Below, in pieces: positions 26,618-37,800 of a stretch of 64,000 nt of DNA; positions within the stretch are counted from its first letter, which is position 1; each line of letters begins with the position of its first letter. A model generated the notes under the pieces. It saw nothing but the letters and a program-made list of their open reading frames with translations, did no database searches and had not been told where the DNA came from. Source of the DNA: a virus. The position numbers and the translations under genes were made by a program. The stretch is taken from IMG/VR virus record IMGVR_UViG_3300025012_000031, positions 91,099 to 155,098 of that record; one strand, written 5' to 3'.

Positions 26618-27265
26618 TTAGTTCCTCAGTTCGTCGGATGATGCAATGATCAGAACACCAGCCACCCGCATTTCTTCTAATGCTGTTGCGGCGGTCTCCT
26701 CGGAAACTGCCCGGCAGGCTGCGAGATTTACGATGACCCGGAAACCCGCGGCGACCAATTGGATAGCCGTTGTCTTGACGCAGTAGTCAAGGGCGAGGCC
26801 TCCAACGACGACGGTATCAACGGCGGAATCTTGTAGATATTCGATGACACCGGTTGAGATGTCTTCTCGGAGATCATGGAAGCAGGCGCCGTATGGGTGC
26901 ATGTCTCGTTCAATGCCCTTATAGACAAAGAAATCATACATCGAAACTTTAGGGAGACCGTCAATCAGTTCGAATCCCTCAGTGCCGACGATGCAGTGTG
27001 CATTCCAGGCAAGATCGATGTCAGGACCAAAGAAACCACGAAGATCAGAAAACTGGGGGAGTCCGGCATTGGCAATCCAGAATGCATTGGGTGGGTGCGC
27101 ATCTTTACTTCCGACCCTGTATGCAGCAAATCGCGCCTGTGCCTCGAGTTCACCGACGATGTTGTGTCCATCGGGTACCGGGAGTTCGTTGGGACAAAGA
27201 GGAGTGAAACCCTTTTGGGCATCAACATCAAAAGTTGCGGTGTTCATCAGGCTGAGTGTTATCAT
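26618..27265 (-). CDS. pncA: nicotinamidase/pyrazinamidase
   Basis: DVDAQKGF, ELPV, KDAH, W..HC..GT.G, KG, GLALDYCVK.TA. Confidence 0.93.
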   Translation of the reverse strand: MITLSLMNTATFDVDAQKGFTPLCPNELPVPDGHNIVGELEAQARFAAYRVGSKDAHPPNAFWIANAGLPQFSDLRGFFGPDIDLAWNAHCIVGTEGFELIDGLPKVSMYDFFVYKGIERDMHPYGACFHDLREDISTGVIEYLQDSAVDTVVVGGLALDYCVKTTAIQLVAAGFRVIVNLAACRAVSEETAATALEEMRVAGVLIIASSDELRN

Positions 27266-27497
27266 CTTATCCTCCGACCTTCACAAGATACCCGAGTGCA
27301 TTCAGAAAATTGAAACCGCTCCATAATGTCATTGTGAAGAAAGTAAACTTGATTGAAAAATTGGACCAACCTTTTGTTGACCAAATAATGGCCAACAACA
27401 TGAAAATAATTGTAGCAACACCCGTGTAAAATATCATTCTCGTTTCCTCCGTTTATTTTGTCAAATTGTATTCTATATCAGTGAAGATGTCAACAAC

Positions 27498-27782
27498 TTA
27501 TTTCTCGTTAATAAGATAAACATTGATGGGCAAACAAGAACACCCGACATTATCAGTGTCACTCAATTTGACGGTTTCTAACCCGGCAGCGATGCAAGAT
27601 TTCTTGTTTGGCCAAGCGGTGTACACTATCTGATGCACACGTTCTTTATTGTTACCGGTATAAATCACCGTGATGAGATTATGTGGTGTGTCGCCTACTT
27701 CTACCGATGTACGAAACTGCTTCGCTTGGGCAATATTTGCAATCATGACAAACATAACTAAAAGGACGATGATATTTTTCAT
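27498..27782 (-). CDS. exported hypothetical protein
   Basis: Signal peptide ending AQA; GGAGG SD. Confidence 0.7.
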   Translation of the reverse strand: MKNIIVLLVMFVMIANIAQAKQFRTSVEVGDTPHNLITVIYTGNNKERVHQIVYTAWPNKKSCIAAGLETVKLSDTDNVGCSCLPINVYLINEK

Positions 27783-27806
27783 GTGGTTCCTCCGTTAAAG
27801 ATAAAT

Positions 27807-28109
27807 TTAAAAATATGATATCTTGATCGACCTTGCACTCAATATTTGTCCGTCACTTTCATGTTCCTCATAAAAGAATTCGTGGTTGCAGTTATAGCAG
27901 ATCATATCAACAATCGTTCGTCTTTCGCAGATCGGACATTTTTCCTTTTCATCCGATTCTTCCCGTGATTTACCATTAAGCAACCAATCAATGAGGAGGG
28001 CGAGGAGAACGCCCGATGCAACACCGAGGCAGATACCGAATGATAACGTGATAAAGTTGATCGATGGTGCCAGTAAAGTATCAATGGATACGTCATATAA
28101 GTTTGTCAT
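27807..28109 (-). CDS. membrane protein with zinc ribbon
   Basis: TM helix; CPIC...CYNC. Confidence 0.65.
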   Translation of the reverse strand: MTNLYDVSIDTLLAPSINFITLSFGICLGVASGVLLALLIDWLLNGKSREESDEKEKCPICERRTIVDMICYNCNHEFFYEEHESDGQILSARSIKISYF

Positions 28110-28117
28110 CGTATCTC

Positions 28118-28405
28118 CTAAAACCCGCGCTGTTCTTTTTCAGTCGGAACATACCCGTCTTCAACTTCTTTGAAACCGGCAAAGGCAACCATGAACCGCT
28201 TGTCTTCGATGTGGATGATGTCGCCGCAAGAAACGGAACGAATCGGAAGAGGCTGAAAATCATTCTGACCGTACTTGTAAATCTCATCAAGAAGATTATC
28301 AGGTTTGTCTTTGTTCTTCTCGACGATTGCATCGGTCAGTTCAACTTCGCGAATTGCCCCATTAGAACCGAATGCCCAGAGTTGAACTTTGAATTTCTTT
28401 CCCAT
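28118..28405 (-). CDS. hypothetical protein (YodL-like RSVSxGD motif)
   Basis: RSVSCGDII...GF; AGGAGG SD. Confidence 0.65.
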   Translation of the reverse strand: MGKKFKVQLWAFGSNGAIREVELTDAIVEKNKDKPDNLLDEIYKYGQNDFQPLPIRSVSCGDIIHIEDKRFMVAFAGFKEVEDGYVPTEKEQRGF

Positions 28406-28416
28406 GACCCGTCCTC

Positions 28417-28872
28417 CTAGCAGTTAAGTGAATAGTTATAAAGTTTTGCTTCAAGATCGGCAAGATCATCGGAAAGCCAATCCTCATTACAAAGCAACAA
28501 ATAATATTTGCCTTTCGATGGGTCTTTCTCGATTTCGATGTAATAACCATCTTCATAAACAAGAACCGTTGCCGCTTCGGAGAAAACGTCTTCATCGGAG
28601 CCGATCAAATTGGCAAAGTCAACAACCGACATTTCCCGTTTTGTTGCGACGAATTCGTCAAATGAAAGTTTTTTCGAAGGATCGTAAACAATTTCGATCG
28701 GTGTACGAAGCGAATGCTCTTTGCTGTAATGATAAGCAAACAGATCAGCACTACTTTGAGCGGAAATGCCTTTGAACTCTGCCTCCATGACGGTTTGATC
28801 GGCGGCGGTGAGTGTCACGGTTGTTTTCTCGGCACTGATAGTTTTTATTGTCAAGATCTGTTTTTCATTCAT
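28417..28872 (-). CDS. hypothetical protein
   Basis: Start MNEKQ after AAGGAG, downstream of a promoter. Confidence 0.7.
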   Translation of the reverse strand: MNEKQILTIKTISAEKTTVTLTAADQTVMEAEFKGISAQSSADLFAYHYSKEHSLRTPIEIVYDPSKKLSFDEFVATKREMSVVDFANLIGSDEDVFSEAATVLVYEDGYYIEIEKDPSKGKYYLLLCNEDWLSDDLADLEAKLYNYSLNC

Positions 28873-29257
28873 TGTTTTGCTCCTTTGTTGTTTGTTGGAT
28901 ATACAATAACAAAAGAGCACAATGATGTCAACAAAAATAATGATTATTTTCTTTAGATGATGTTTTTATTTTTCAAAGAACGTACCAGCCAACGGACGTA
29001 TGCACCCACCACCTTTTTTGTGTGTTTGGAAGTACAGTGAAACCGAAAGAACATCGAGACCTTGAAGACGGCCCCTGACTGTATTTTCAAAATTCACAAC
29101 CGAATCGAGAGTCTTCACGAACTCGATTTGCCGCTGAAGAAATATTGGATCGGTGTCAATACTGAACTTAAAGCGAATCTCTGTAGGAGTGATGGTGATC
29201 TTTGATTTATATGCCGGCCATTCACTTTTTCCTTGAAGAACAATTTCACGGTTCATC

Positions 29258-29704
29258 TCACTCTCCCCTGAATAATCTGATGTTTGGGCCACTGTGAATG
29301 CATTCAATCACTCTCAGCGAGCCGCATATGATCGTGCCCGGGGGTGTGTCCACAAATCTTACACCGAGGTTATCTAAGACCACCCTGATCTCGTCTATAG
29401 CGGCGTCTTCACCTTTTGATATGGCATCCCAGTACAAAGACACCACCTCGTTATCATATAGTGATCCGACGGCGAGAATAAATGGTGGTGTTGATTTGAT
29501 ATCATACGCCTCACACCTGCATAGCGCATCACCAACACCATATTTTTGTGCAGAAGCCACCGAATCAAAAACGAACAAACCGCCGACGGTTGGTAAGATT
29601 GTATCGCCGACATTATATTGTATTGTCATTTCAGCAGCACCATTAATTGATACCATGTAACCGTCATACTCCACACAGAGAGCCTTATAAACAATATTGC
29701 TCAT
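29258..29704 (-). CDS. hypothetical protein
   Basis: YK...Y..G...GGLFVF phage-type pattern. Confidence 0.65.
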   Translation of the reverse strand: MSNIVYKALCVEYDGYMVSINGAAEMTIQYNVGDTILPTVGGLFVFDSVASAQKYGVGDALCRCEAYDIKSTPPFILAVGSLYDNEVVSLYWDAISKGEDAAIDEIRVVLDNLGVRFVDTPPGTIICGSLRVIECIHSGPNIRLFRGE

Positions 29705-29706
29705 CG

Positions 29707-30048
29707 TTATCTTCCTTTCAAGTATTCACTGATTGACTTACAGACGGCATTTCTTATTGATGAACACCCATAACCAAGACCATCATGAATTCTAAGTTCA
29801 TGAACATTATGTCCTGCCATTTTATAACTCAGCAGCTTATATTCAATGTTCTTCTCCGTCAGTTTATCAAGGAGTTGAAGAATGACGGTTGGATTATCAA
29901 ACTTCGGATTTTTGTAACGAATGCAACGAACAACATTCGTTACGCCACATATACACATACTATGTACACCCGTAGGTTCGTGCCATGCCACACCAAGGAA
30001 TTCGGCAAGAGCTCTCTTATCATCGTTTGTTAGAAATTCATTTACCAT
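29707..30048 (-). CDS. hypothetical protein (WHE...C family)
   Basis: LAEFLGVAWHE...CICG. Confidence 0.65.
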   Translation of the reverse strand: MVNEFLTNDDKRALAEFLGVAWHEPTGVHSMCICGVTNVVRCIRYKNPKFDNPTVILQLLDKLTEKNIEYKLLSYKMAGHNVHELRIHDGLGYGCSSIRNAVCKSISEYLKGR

Positions 30049-30550
30049 TTTTGTTTATCCTGTTTGAGAAAGAATCTTTGTATTGTTTACAGACACTAGT
30101 AATAGTAAAATAAAATGGAATCATTAAATCTTTCCAAAAAATACTCTTGATATCATATTGGTCAAAAATAAATCGTAAGAGAACGAATATTCTTTCGGCA
30201 ACACAAAATGCCATCAGAAAGAAGATATAAAAATTTGGGTCTGTCAACGGGTTAAAGTTTACTGTCATATAAAGCTCCTTTAGAAAGACGAAGTTGTATC
30301 AGTTGCATGACCTTCTGCAACGTCATGAATATAATCATATAATGCAATATAAGCAAGGTAAATACCAAGACCACCATAAACGGTCATCCATACGAAATCA
30401 TTCTGTTGGTGACCGATGACGTTACAAAACTTCTCGATGGCAAAACTGAAGTTAAGGAAGCAAGCGACTATCAAGACTTTCATATTTCGTTTTGCATCGC
30501 TTGAAAGACGATCAGCTTTGATAAGGTGTATGAAATACTTATATGGGTTT

Positions 30551-31060
30551 CTATTCTTTTTCATCATCACCTTCGCGCCAACCAAGATATCTTGCAACCA
30601 ATAATGGGAACGTGTTGAAATCTATGTTTATCAGAATATCATTTTGGCTCATTAATTTTCTACCAAAGCAATATTCGATAAAGTTCTGATGCCAACCTTC
30701 CCCGACAATCTTGTTCTTCAAAAGAAAGAAGCCTTTTTCTGTGAAGAAGTTTTTGTTATTTCTGTAGGGGCGGGGGGGATTTAATGACATCATTCGTTTG
30801 AGTGCCTTTTCTGCATCCTCTTTACACAGAAAACTTCCCTCTACGACATCGTCGCCGCACCGACATTTTAAGACAATGTCACAACCTTTAAAAGAGACAT
30901 TACTTGAATCAGAATACTCTTCCCCAACCACTGGCGTATATTCATGCCAACACCGATTGTAGAGAGTCACCGTAAGAAAACGATTGACAGATTCTTCCAT
31001 TTTTAATCTTGCTTGATATTTTGGATCGGCCGTGTCGGGTATAACTATGCAGTCTCCCAT
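30551..31060 (-). CDS. hypothetical protein (CWHE...C family)
   Basis: NRFLT...CWHEY...CRCG...NFF...GF. Confidence 0.65.
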   Translation of the reverse strand: MGDCIVIPDTADPKYQARLKMEESVNRFLTVTLYNRCWHEYTPVVGEEYSDSSNVSFKGCDIVLKCRCGDDVVEGSFLCKEDAEKALKRMMSLNPPRPYRNNKNFFTEKGFFLLKNKIVGEGWHQNFIEYCFGRKLMSQNDILINIDFNTFPLLVARYLGWREGDDEKE

Positions 31061-32163
31061 TATAGCAACACCTTCTCAATGTATGATTCTGATTTACGCC
31101 ACAGGTGATCTAACTGTTCATCCGTAACCTCCGTTCCGTACTGCTTCCTTAGATCAAACAGAAGGCCGCTGAACGGAGTTGGATTCTTCTTGGTGATGTG
31201 AATCGCAAAAGCCTTCTGTTCAACGATCTCCCGTGACTCATAGAAGACCTGCATCAATTGTGCATATGCAGCATCAACTTTGACTTTGAGTTTTTCGTAG
31301 TACGGTTTAACTTCGGGGAAATATGCAAAGAGCTCATCTTCTTCACCTTTAAGTAGCCAGGGAAGAATATTTTTAGGGTTAAAGATGTTTCCGTTGTCTT
31401 TGAGATGATGAAGACTCATATACATTTTACTTTTGATCTTGAGTCGCATTCCATACTGGTCCATAACGACAACACCTTCAAAAGTCGGATCATTTACTTC
31501 CTGGTACTCAATGAACTTCTCGATTTCCTTTAGAGAATTGAATGTGTGCTTGGTCGGTCTACGAATGCCATAATCCTCTGCATAGATATCAACCGACATG
31601 GGGTAAACTTCTTCCATGGTTTGATTATTGAATATCGCAAGAAGAATGAGTTGGGTTTCAGCATAGTGACGGACAACTTTGTTATGAACCGAACAGAATT
31701 CAAAAACATACGTGTAGTTTTTATTTAAAGAAGACAAATTGAAATCTATTACTTCAAATGCCAACTGCTTCCAGGTCTTCCCTGAGAAACCGGGGTCACC
31801 GTCTGCAAAGGAACCACGGGTGTTGACATGCCACTCGCCGTTCCAATAATACATTGGCATCAATGATCCGTCTTCCTTTGTGTAAACAGTAAGCGGACCG
31901 TTCCAATCAAACTTATCGGTGAGGTCAAGCATTTCACCGAAGTTGAAAAAACGATCGAAAGATTTTGAAACAACATCCCAACCATCTTGATGAAGCGTCA
32001 GACCACGACATTCACGAACAATCGGATGGGCCTTTGGTGAATTAATTTGACAGTAATTCAAGATCACACGACCATCTTCATGTTTGACATTCTTGATGCC
32101 GAACTGTTCGTTTAGTGTGTCAAGCGTACCGCCGTTCCGCAGGAACTTCTGAACTTCCATCAT
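31060..32163 (-). CDS. T4 Rnl1-like RNA ligase
   Basis: RECRGL, FDRFFN.GE, KEDGSL, FE.....N.VV, EGVV, R.KIK. Confidence 0.93.
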   Translation of the reverse strand: MMEVQKFLRNGGTLDTLNEQFGIKNVKHEDGRVILNYCQINSPKAHPIVRECRGLTLHQDGWDVVSKSFDRFFNFGEMLDLTDKFDWNGPLTVYTKEDGSLMPMYYWNGEWHVNTRGSFADGDPGFSGKTWKQLAFEVIDFNLSSLNKNYTYVFEFCSVHNKVVRHYAETQLILLAIFNNQTMEEVYPMSVDIYAEDYGIRRPTKHTFNSLKEIEKFIEYQEVNDPTFEGVVVMDQYGMRLKIKSKMYMSLHHLKDNGNIFNPKNILPWLLKGEEDELFAYFPEVKPYYEKLKVKVDAAYAQLMQVFYESREIVEQKAFAIHITKKNPTPFSGLLFDLRKQYGTEVTDEQLDHLWRKSESYIEKVLL

Positions 32164-32432
32164 ATCTAATTCTCCTAGTTATTTCTCTGTAAAATTAATT
32201 GATGCATTATAACGATCGAATGTCAACGAAAAGGAACGCAATTTTCCATATGTGAAGATGTTTATTATCATCCAATCCGAATATAAGTTTATGATTTTGA
32301 AATCAGAAATTTTTGATTTATTCAAAGCATTTCTTAATACATCAACTAATTCGGCTTGTAGGGAATGCACCATCATATCGGTGTAATTTCTACCTCTATA
32401 TGAGTTGAGTAATTCTATGATATCATCAACTA

Positions 32433-33095
32433 TCACTTCTTTACTGCTTCGGCGAATTCGTGGGCGTATTCGAGGAGGGCGATTTGCCGCTCGAGCGAAT
32501 GCTGAATGTTGATGAAGATCATGTAATATTGGGGCCATTTTTCTCGGGCCGCTCGAAGCATCGGATAGAAGTAACTCTTGACTTCTTCAATGTAGTACTT
32601 CTGTTTGACGATACCGAATGCACGAGCCATTGACTGAATGTTGTGCATTCGGTCGCCGCCCTTAACCATCACTGAGAATGCATCTTCGAGAATTGCCATG
32701 TAGTAGGCATGTTTATGTTCGGTATCTCTTTTGTTGAAATTGGCCGGCTTGGAAACTCGTTTGATGATTCCGTGAACGGCCTCTCCGAAATTTTCAAGAA
32801 CTTCTTCGAGGGAATACTTATCAGGATAATCTTCAACTAGATCATGTAGGAAGGCGGCGGCGATGATGATGTCGAGTTCGTCATTGGGAATCTTGTTCTC
32901 GAGTACTTGAATAAGATACCCAGCAATTTCGATTTGGTGCGATACTTCTTCCCGGCCATCAGATCGTTTGCCGATGTGGAACTTGAGAGCCAACTCGAGA
33001 GCACGAATTGATTTGAGCATGTTACGACCGACAAAATAACCTTTGAAGAAGATGATTTGTTTCTTAAGTCTGTCTTTTGATTTCTCGATCGTCAT
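32433..33095 (-). CDS. RelA/SpoT-type HD hydrolase (small alarmone hydrolase-like)
   Basis: LA..FH....R.DG....H, AAFLHDLVED, VK..DRMHN. Confidence 0.85.
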   Translation of the reverse strand: MTIEKSKDRLKKQIIFFKGYFVGRNMLKSIRALELALKFHIGKRSDGREEVSHQIEIAGYLIQVLENKIPNDELDIIIAAAFLHDLVEDYPDKYSLEEVLENFGEAVHGIIKRVSKPANFNKRDTEHKHAYYMAILEDAFSVMVKGGDRMHNIQSMARAFGIVKQKYYIEEVKSYFYPMLRAAREKWPQYYMIFINIQHSLERQIALLEYAHEFAEAVKK

Positions 33096-33126
33096 TTCAT
33101 CACCTCGTTTATTTGTTTAGATAAGC

Positions 33127-33155
33127 ATTGTATACCAATCCGTCATACAAGTCAA
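33127..33155 (-). promoter_or_regulatory. sigma70-type promoter
   Basis: TTGACT-17-TACAAT. Confidence 0.75.
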
Positions 33156-33435
33156 TAATAAAACAAAAGAGCAGACGATTATTTTTATCGTCTGCTCCTT
33201 TGTTTGGGTGTTATATATTTTTAGTTATCGGATTATTCATCCTCCTCGAAAGTAGTACCCGCGATACTTTTCAGTCGGTGCGACATATTGCCGGGACGAC
33301 TATAACGCTCCCGATCAAATTCATGCCGATGAGGACGAGACTTCGGTCCGCCGCTGTTTTTGAAAAATTTGTTCCGTCCCTTTTCGTTGCTGAGGTCAAC
33401 ACAGCCGTCCATGATCTTTTTCTCCTGTTAGTTGT

Positions 33436-34695
33436 TTACGAAATGACCGCTACAAGGCGGCTCTTGAAATCCTTCTCTGCGTGTGCAAAGGCCTGGACAT
33501 ATTGATTGAATGCCGCTTCTCGTGGATTCTTTGCATTGGTGACATCGATCACTGCATGTTTTGCTACCGCGGTTGCCATCCTCCACCGATGATCTTGCTC
33601 GGAGGTTAACGGATGATCACACATACAACATGCATGATATTCTGGCCATTGCTCGGAGCGGATTGCTTTAACGAGGGCCATTACTTTCCGACCTTTCATC
33701 TCTGCAATGTAATGCATCTGCATATGATATCTTGCAACCGTGAGAACGAGTTTATTTGTGTGGCGATCAAATGTCTGATCCTTCAACCACTCTTCGGCGA
33801 TGTCTTTACTCCTGAGCTCATGACCATAATGATGTGGGAGAATTTCGGGTTTGGTTGTTGCTTTCCCAAAGTCATGACACATGCAGGCGATGAAGCAAGA
33901 GAAGCTGTACTCATTTTCCTGGCATCGGTCAATCACTTCCATCGTATGTTCAAATGCCGTGTTACCGTGATGCCACTGAATCGGACCAGCGGTGACATAA
34001 CGAAGATCATCGAGCGGTTTGATGATGTACTTAAGAGCATCAATTTCCGCAAGTACTTTGAAGAAAGAAGATGCCGGGAACTTATTCTGGGCTTTCCACA
34101 ATTTCTCGAGCTCCAGAACAATTCTTTCCTTTGTAACAAATTGCAGCTTATGAGCGGCCGCCTTCATCAGAGACAATGTGTTGTCGTCAAAGGTGAATCC
34201 TAAACGTGCATGCAATCTTGCACCACGAAGGATGCGGACGGGGTCTTCAAGAAATGCCTTTTCAAAAACGGTCCTTAAGATGCCGGCCTTACAATCGGGA
34301 ATACCACCGAAGGGATCAACGAATGTTTCTGTTTGCATGTGCCAAGCAATCGAGTTGACTGTGAAGTCACGACGGCCGAGGTCTTCAATCAGAGGAACAC
34401 CGACGCGATCAACAACGAAGTCTCCATATCCATCACCGGTGGAACGCTCGGTGCGGGTCAGCGCAATCTCTGACTTGAAGTCGGACATAAACACCGGGAA
34501 ATCTTTACCAACCCTGGGCCATGCCGGAAACGCTTCCCTGAGTTGCTCTTCCGTTGCTTCAACTACGATGTCCATGTCATTGGGCATCAGGCCGATATGC
34601 TTGTCTCGGCAAAATCCACCAACGATGTATGTCATTGGATGAAGAGCGCCGAGCAAATGTTTTCTTCCATATATTTCTTCGGTCGTTACGTGCAT
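33436..34695 (-). CDS. cca: CCA-adding tRNA nucleotidyltransferase with HD domain
   Basis: VGGFCRD, DMD, GKDFPVF, RTERSTGDGYGDF, EDLGRRDFTVN, EDPVRILR; H...HDFGK. Confidence 0.93.
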   Translation of the reverse strand: MHVTTEEIYGRKHLLGALHPMTYIVGGFCRDKHIGLMPNDMDIVVEATEEQLREAFPAWPRVGKDFPVFMSDFKSEIALTRTERSTGDGYGDFVVDRVGVPLIEDLGRRDFTVNSIAWHMQTETFVDPFGGIPDCKAGILRTVFEKAFLEDPVRILRGARLHARLGFTFDDNTLSLMKAAAHKLQFVTKERIVLELEKLWKAQNKFPASSFFKVLAEIDALKYIIKPLDDLRYVTAGPIQWHHGNTAFEHTMEVIDRCQENEYSFSCFIACMCHDFGKATTKPEILPHHYGHELRSKDIAEEWLKDQTFDRHTNKLVLTVARYHMQMHYIAEMKGRKVMALVKAIRSEQWPEYHACCMCDHPLTSEQDHRWRMATAVAKHAVIDVTNAKNPREAAFNQYVQAFAHAEKDFKSRLVAVIS

Positions 34696-34825
34696 TGTGT
34701 TTCCTTTCATTGTTGGGTAAATTATATATCATTACTTTTCATATGTAAATAGAAAAATACATCACTCCTATTATTTTCTTTTGATAAATAATCTAAATTT
34801 CTAATCACATTGGGAGTATACATAA

Positions 34826-37800
34826 ATGAAGAAACATCTTAACAATTATCTTATCGAGAATTCGATGTTCACCGATGCTGCAGGCAGAGCAAAGCTTGTA
34901 CCAAAGGACCCAGATAAAACTCTCGGTAACCTTTTCGTTATTAACTTCCTTGGATTTTTAGCGCTCTATCAGGTCAACCCAAAACACTCCAGATTAGTTA
35001 ACTATCTCCGCAAGTATCCCGTTAAAATCGGGAGCATCGATGATACAGGTAGTGACCTTACTCTTATTATCAAAATTCTTAATGATGAAGGTATCTTGAA
35101 TGATGCCTACACCACGAGATACACAAAACTACTTGCCCTTATGAAGCAGGGGTCTATTGATAAGCTTGATGAAGAGGTGATCAAAGATCTTCTCAAACCA
35201 ATCAAATTCTCTCAGATGTGGACCAGCCCAAAACTATACTCTCTTGTGAATAGTTTTAAAAAGGGCGATACGAACCTCCTCGGTATGATCAAGCCGATCT
35301 ATGAACATGCCCGTCGTCTAAAATACGCTGATGAGTTTAGAGATGTCGCTCGCCATGTTGTTCATGACATCAATGACCCAAAATCTCCGATTGTGGCGGC
35401 CGTTGATACCGGTAAACCCGCAGCTCCTGTCACCCAGCCTGCAGTCGGAAACTCGAATACACAACAAACGGTACCAACACAAGCTGCTGCTCCAGTAACA
35501 CCAATCAATCCCCCGCCTCAACCAGTCAAAGTAAGGTTCTCTGGTACCGGCATTGATGAGCTTGATTATAATGACCTCTCCAAAAAATTACCAATTAGTA
35601 ATGCTGAAGACGGCGCAACTATCTTCATGCGATTAATTGATTCTAATGGGGCCGCGGCCTTCACTAGTGTGTTAGAGACAGTGAAAATATCGCTCGCTGA
35701 ATTATCAACGAATGTTTTTGTCAGGGCAGCAGCGATTCGGATCGTCGATAAAAATAACGATCCAACTAACGGCCCAATTCTTACTGCGGCAATCAAACTA
35801 TTCCATGACGATTATATTTCGTATGATGTGATCAACGGTCCACTCACAAGAATGTCCCCATATGGGTTCTCTAACATCTACAATGCGACCGTTAAACTTT
35901 GGTTCAACGAAGGTCGTTTTGATGCAAAAAATCTTGATCACTTAAGAATGATTGTTATAACTGGGGCCGCTTTAACACAACCAATATTCATTGCACGTGG
36001 TGATAATGTTAAGGGTGGTCTTGATGTTATTGATAAATGTAAAAAAAGATTACTAAATGACACGGTAGAATTTTTAAAGGACCTTTTCTCGATTGATAAT
36101 GGTTACGGAACTTGGATTGTACAAAGACTTCGATTGAACAGTTCACTTTATGGTAACTATCAGACATGGAAGTTCTTTCTCATAGATACACTTGTTAGAA
36201 ATATCGCCGTGGATGGGGATAACATCGATTGGAATGTTGTACTTAAAGCATGCCAAAGTGATCCGACTATGTTTGAAGAATTTGGACTCCTATATGCGCG
36301 GATGTTCGATTTTAGAAAAGATACATTCGAAAGTATGAAGGGCGCTGTTAAGGCTGCTGGTCTGTTTGGCACAGGCAACTTTGCACATGGGGCTACTATT
36401 ACTGACTTCCCGACATTCCAAATAAACGAGTTCCTCGTTAGATACATCGCCGGTGAGATCGGCGCTGGTAATTTTGATTATTCTTTTAAAGATGAACTCA
36501 TTAAACAAGGTGGAATTCTTAAAGTCTTAAAAGAAGATGGTCGCTTTTATGATAAGTTCTGTTCGATGTTGACGAAAGATGCTATTCAATATAGTCGCGT
36601 GCAGGATATATGGAAGCGCGGGGGACCAATTGAAATATTAAACTTTGATGATGGGTTGATGATTTCAGTTATTGGCCAAATTAATATTGCCAAACATATT
36701 TACATGTCTGGTTATGCAGAAGCAATGATCACTAATCTCCAACGAGGATTTGAAAAATCACCAGCTTTCAAAGAGGCATTCATTGCAAGAGCAAAACCGC
36801 TCGACAGCAATCCATCTGGTGTTTATAATGTCGGTTATGGCGATGTGCTTATTGGCGCAAAAACAATGAAAAGACTCTTTGGGAAAGATTATCTCCAACA
36901 GTATTGGCTCGATGCAATTCCTTTTGTGAGAGATAATTATAGAGGGGAACAATTCCAAAAGCAAGTCTGTTTTGAACTAGGTGAGGACTTCTTTGAGAAA
37001 TATAATGACGAATTGTTTGCAGTAATATTTAGTCGGGAGTATTCTCGTTGGGATACTATCCTCGGTGATATGAGATCGTTTGGCGCTTTCTATGTTTTCA
37101 ATAAATTCTTCTTCACCAAACCAACACAGATTGAAAAGTTCAAGACAGATATATCTACACAAATCGAAAATGCGGGCCCGGGTGAAATCATTAAATTCTT
37201 CACGGATACGAAAATCACAGAGCCGGTTGATTTCGTAAATGATATTTTTAACAATATCAAAAATAGATATGAAGTTTCTTCTGGTAGTAGTTATGAAGAT
37301 AGAGGGGCCATTCCTGTCATCGTTGACATAGGAGCCTACATTGTCAACGATGCGGATGATCTTCCAGAACAATTACGTGATCTGTATAAAGATCGTGAAG
37401 TAAGAGCAAAAAAATACATCGACAATATGCTTGCTTTTGCCGCCGAGTGTGATGGTAAGGACGAAGAAAATTATAGAACAGTAAAAGAGAAGTTTGAACG
37501 TGCAAACAATAATGAAAATGTCGCTGTGTTCAGTAAGATCATACGTGAAATTGATCGCCATGAAAATAAATTTTGTGAATGGTTAAACAGGACAAAAATT
37601 TACACGGAAGATGAAAAGAATAAACTAAAATCAGACATCGTGAAATTTAGTATGAAGGGTGGATCACAATCATTTAATCCATTGGCATCAACGAATATTT
37701 CTTTAGACATCAGAAAAAACCCCGAAACATACGATGCCGAGGCATCCGCCGCCTATATGTTAAAACAGGCAAGAAATGCATCGTATCAAACGTGGAGAGA

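Noticed and set aside
7477-34642. Long plus-strand ORFs (e.g. 7477-8046, 19912-20487, 33613-34203)
   Set aside because: Antisense shadows of well-supported minus-strand genes, with no motifs or SD
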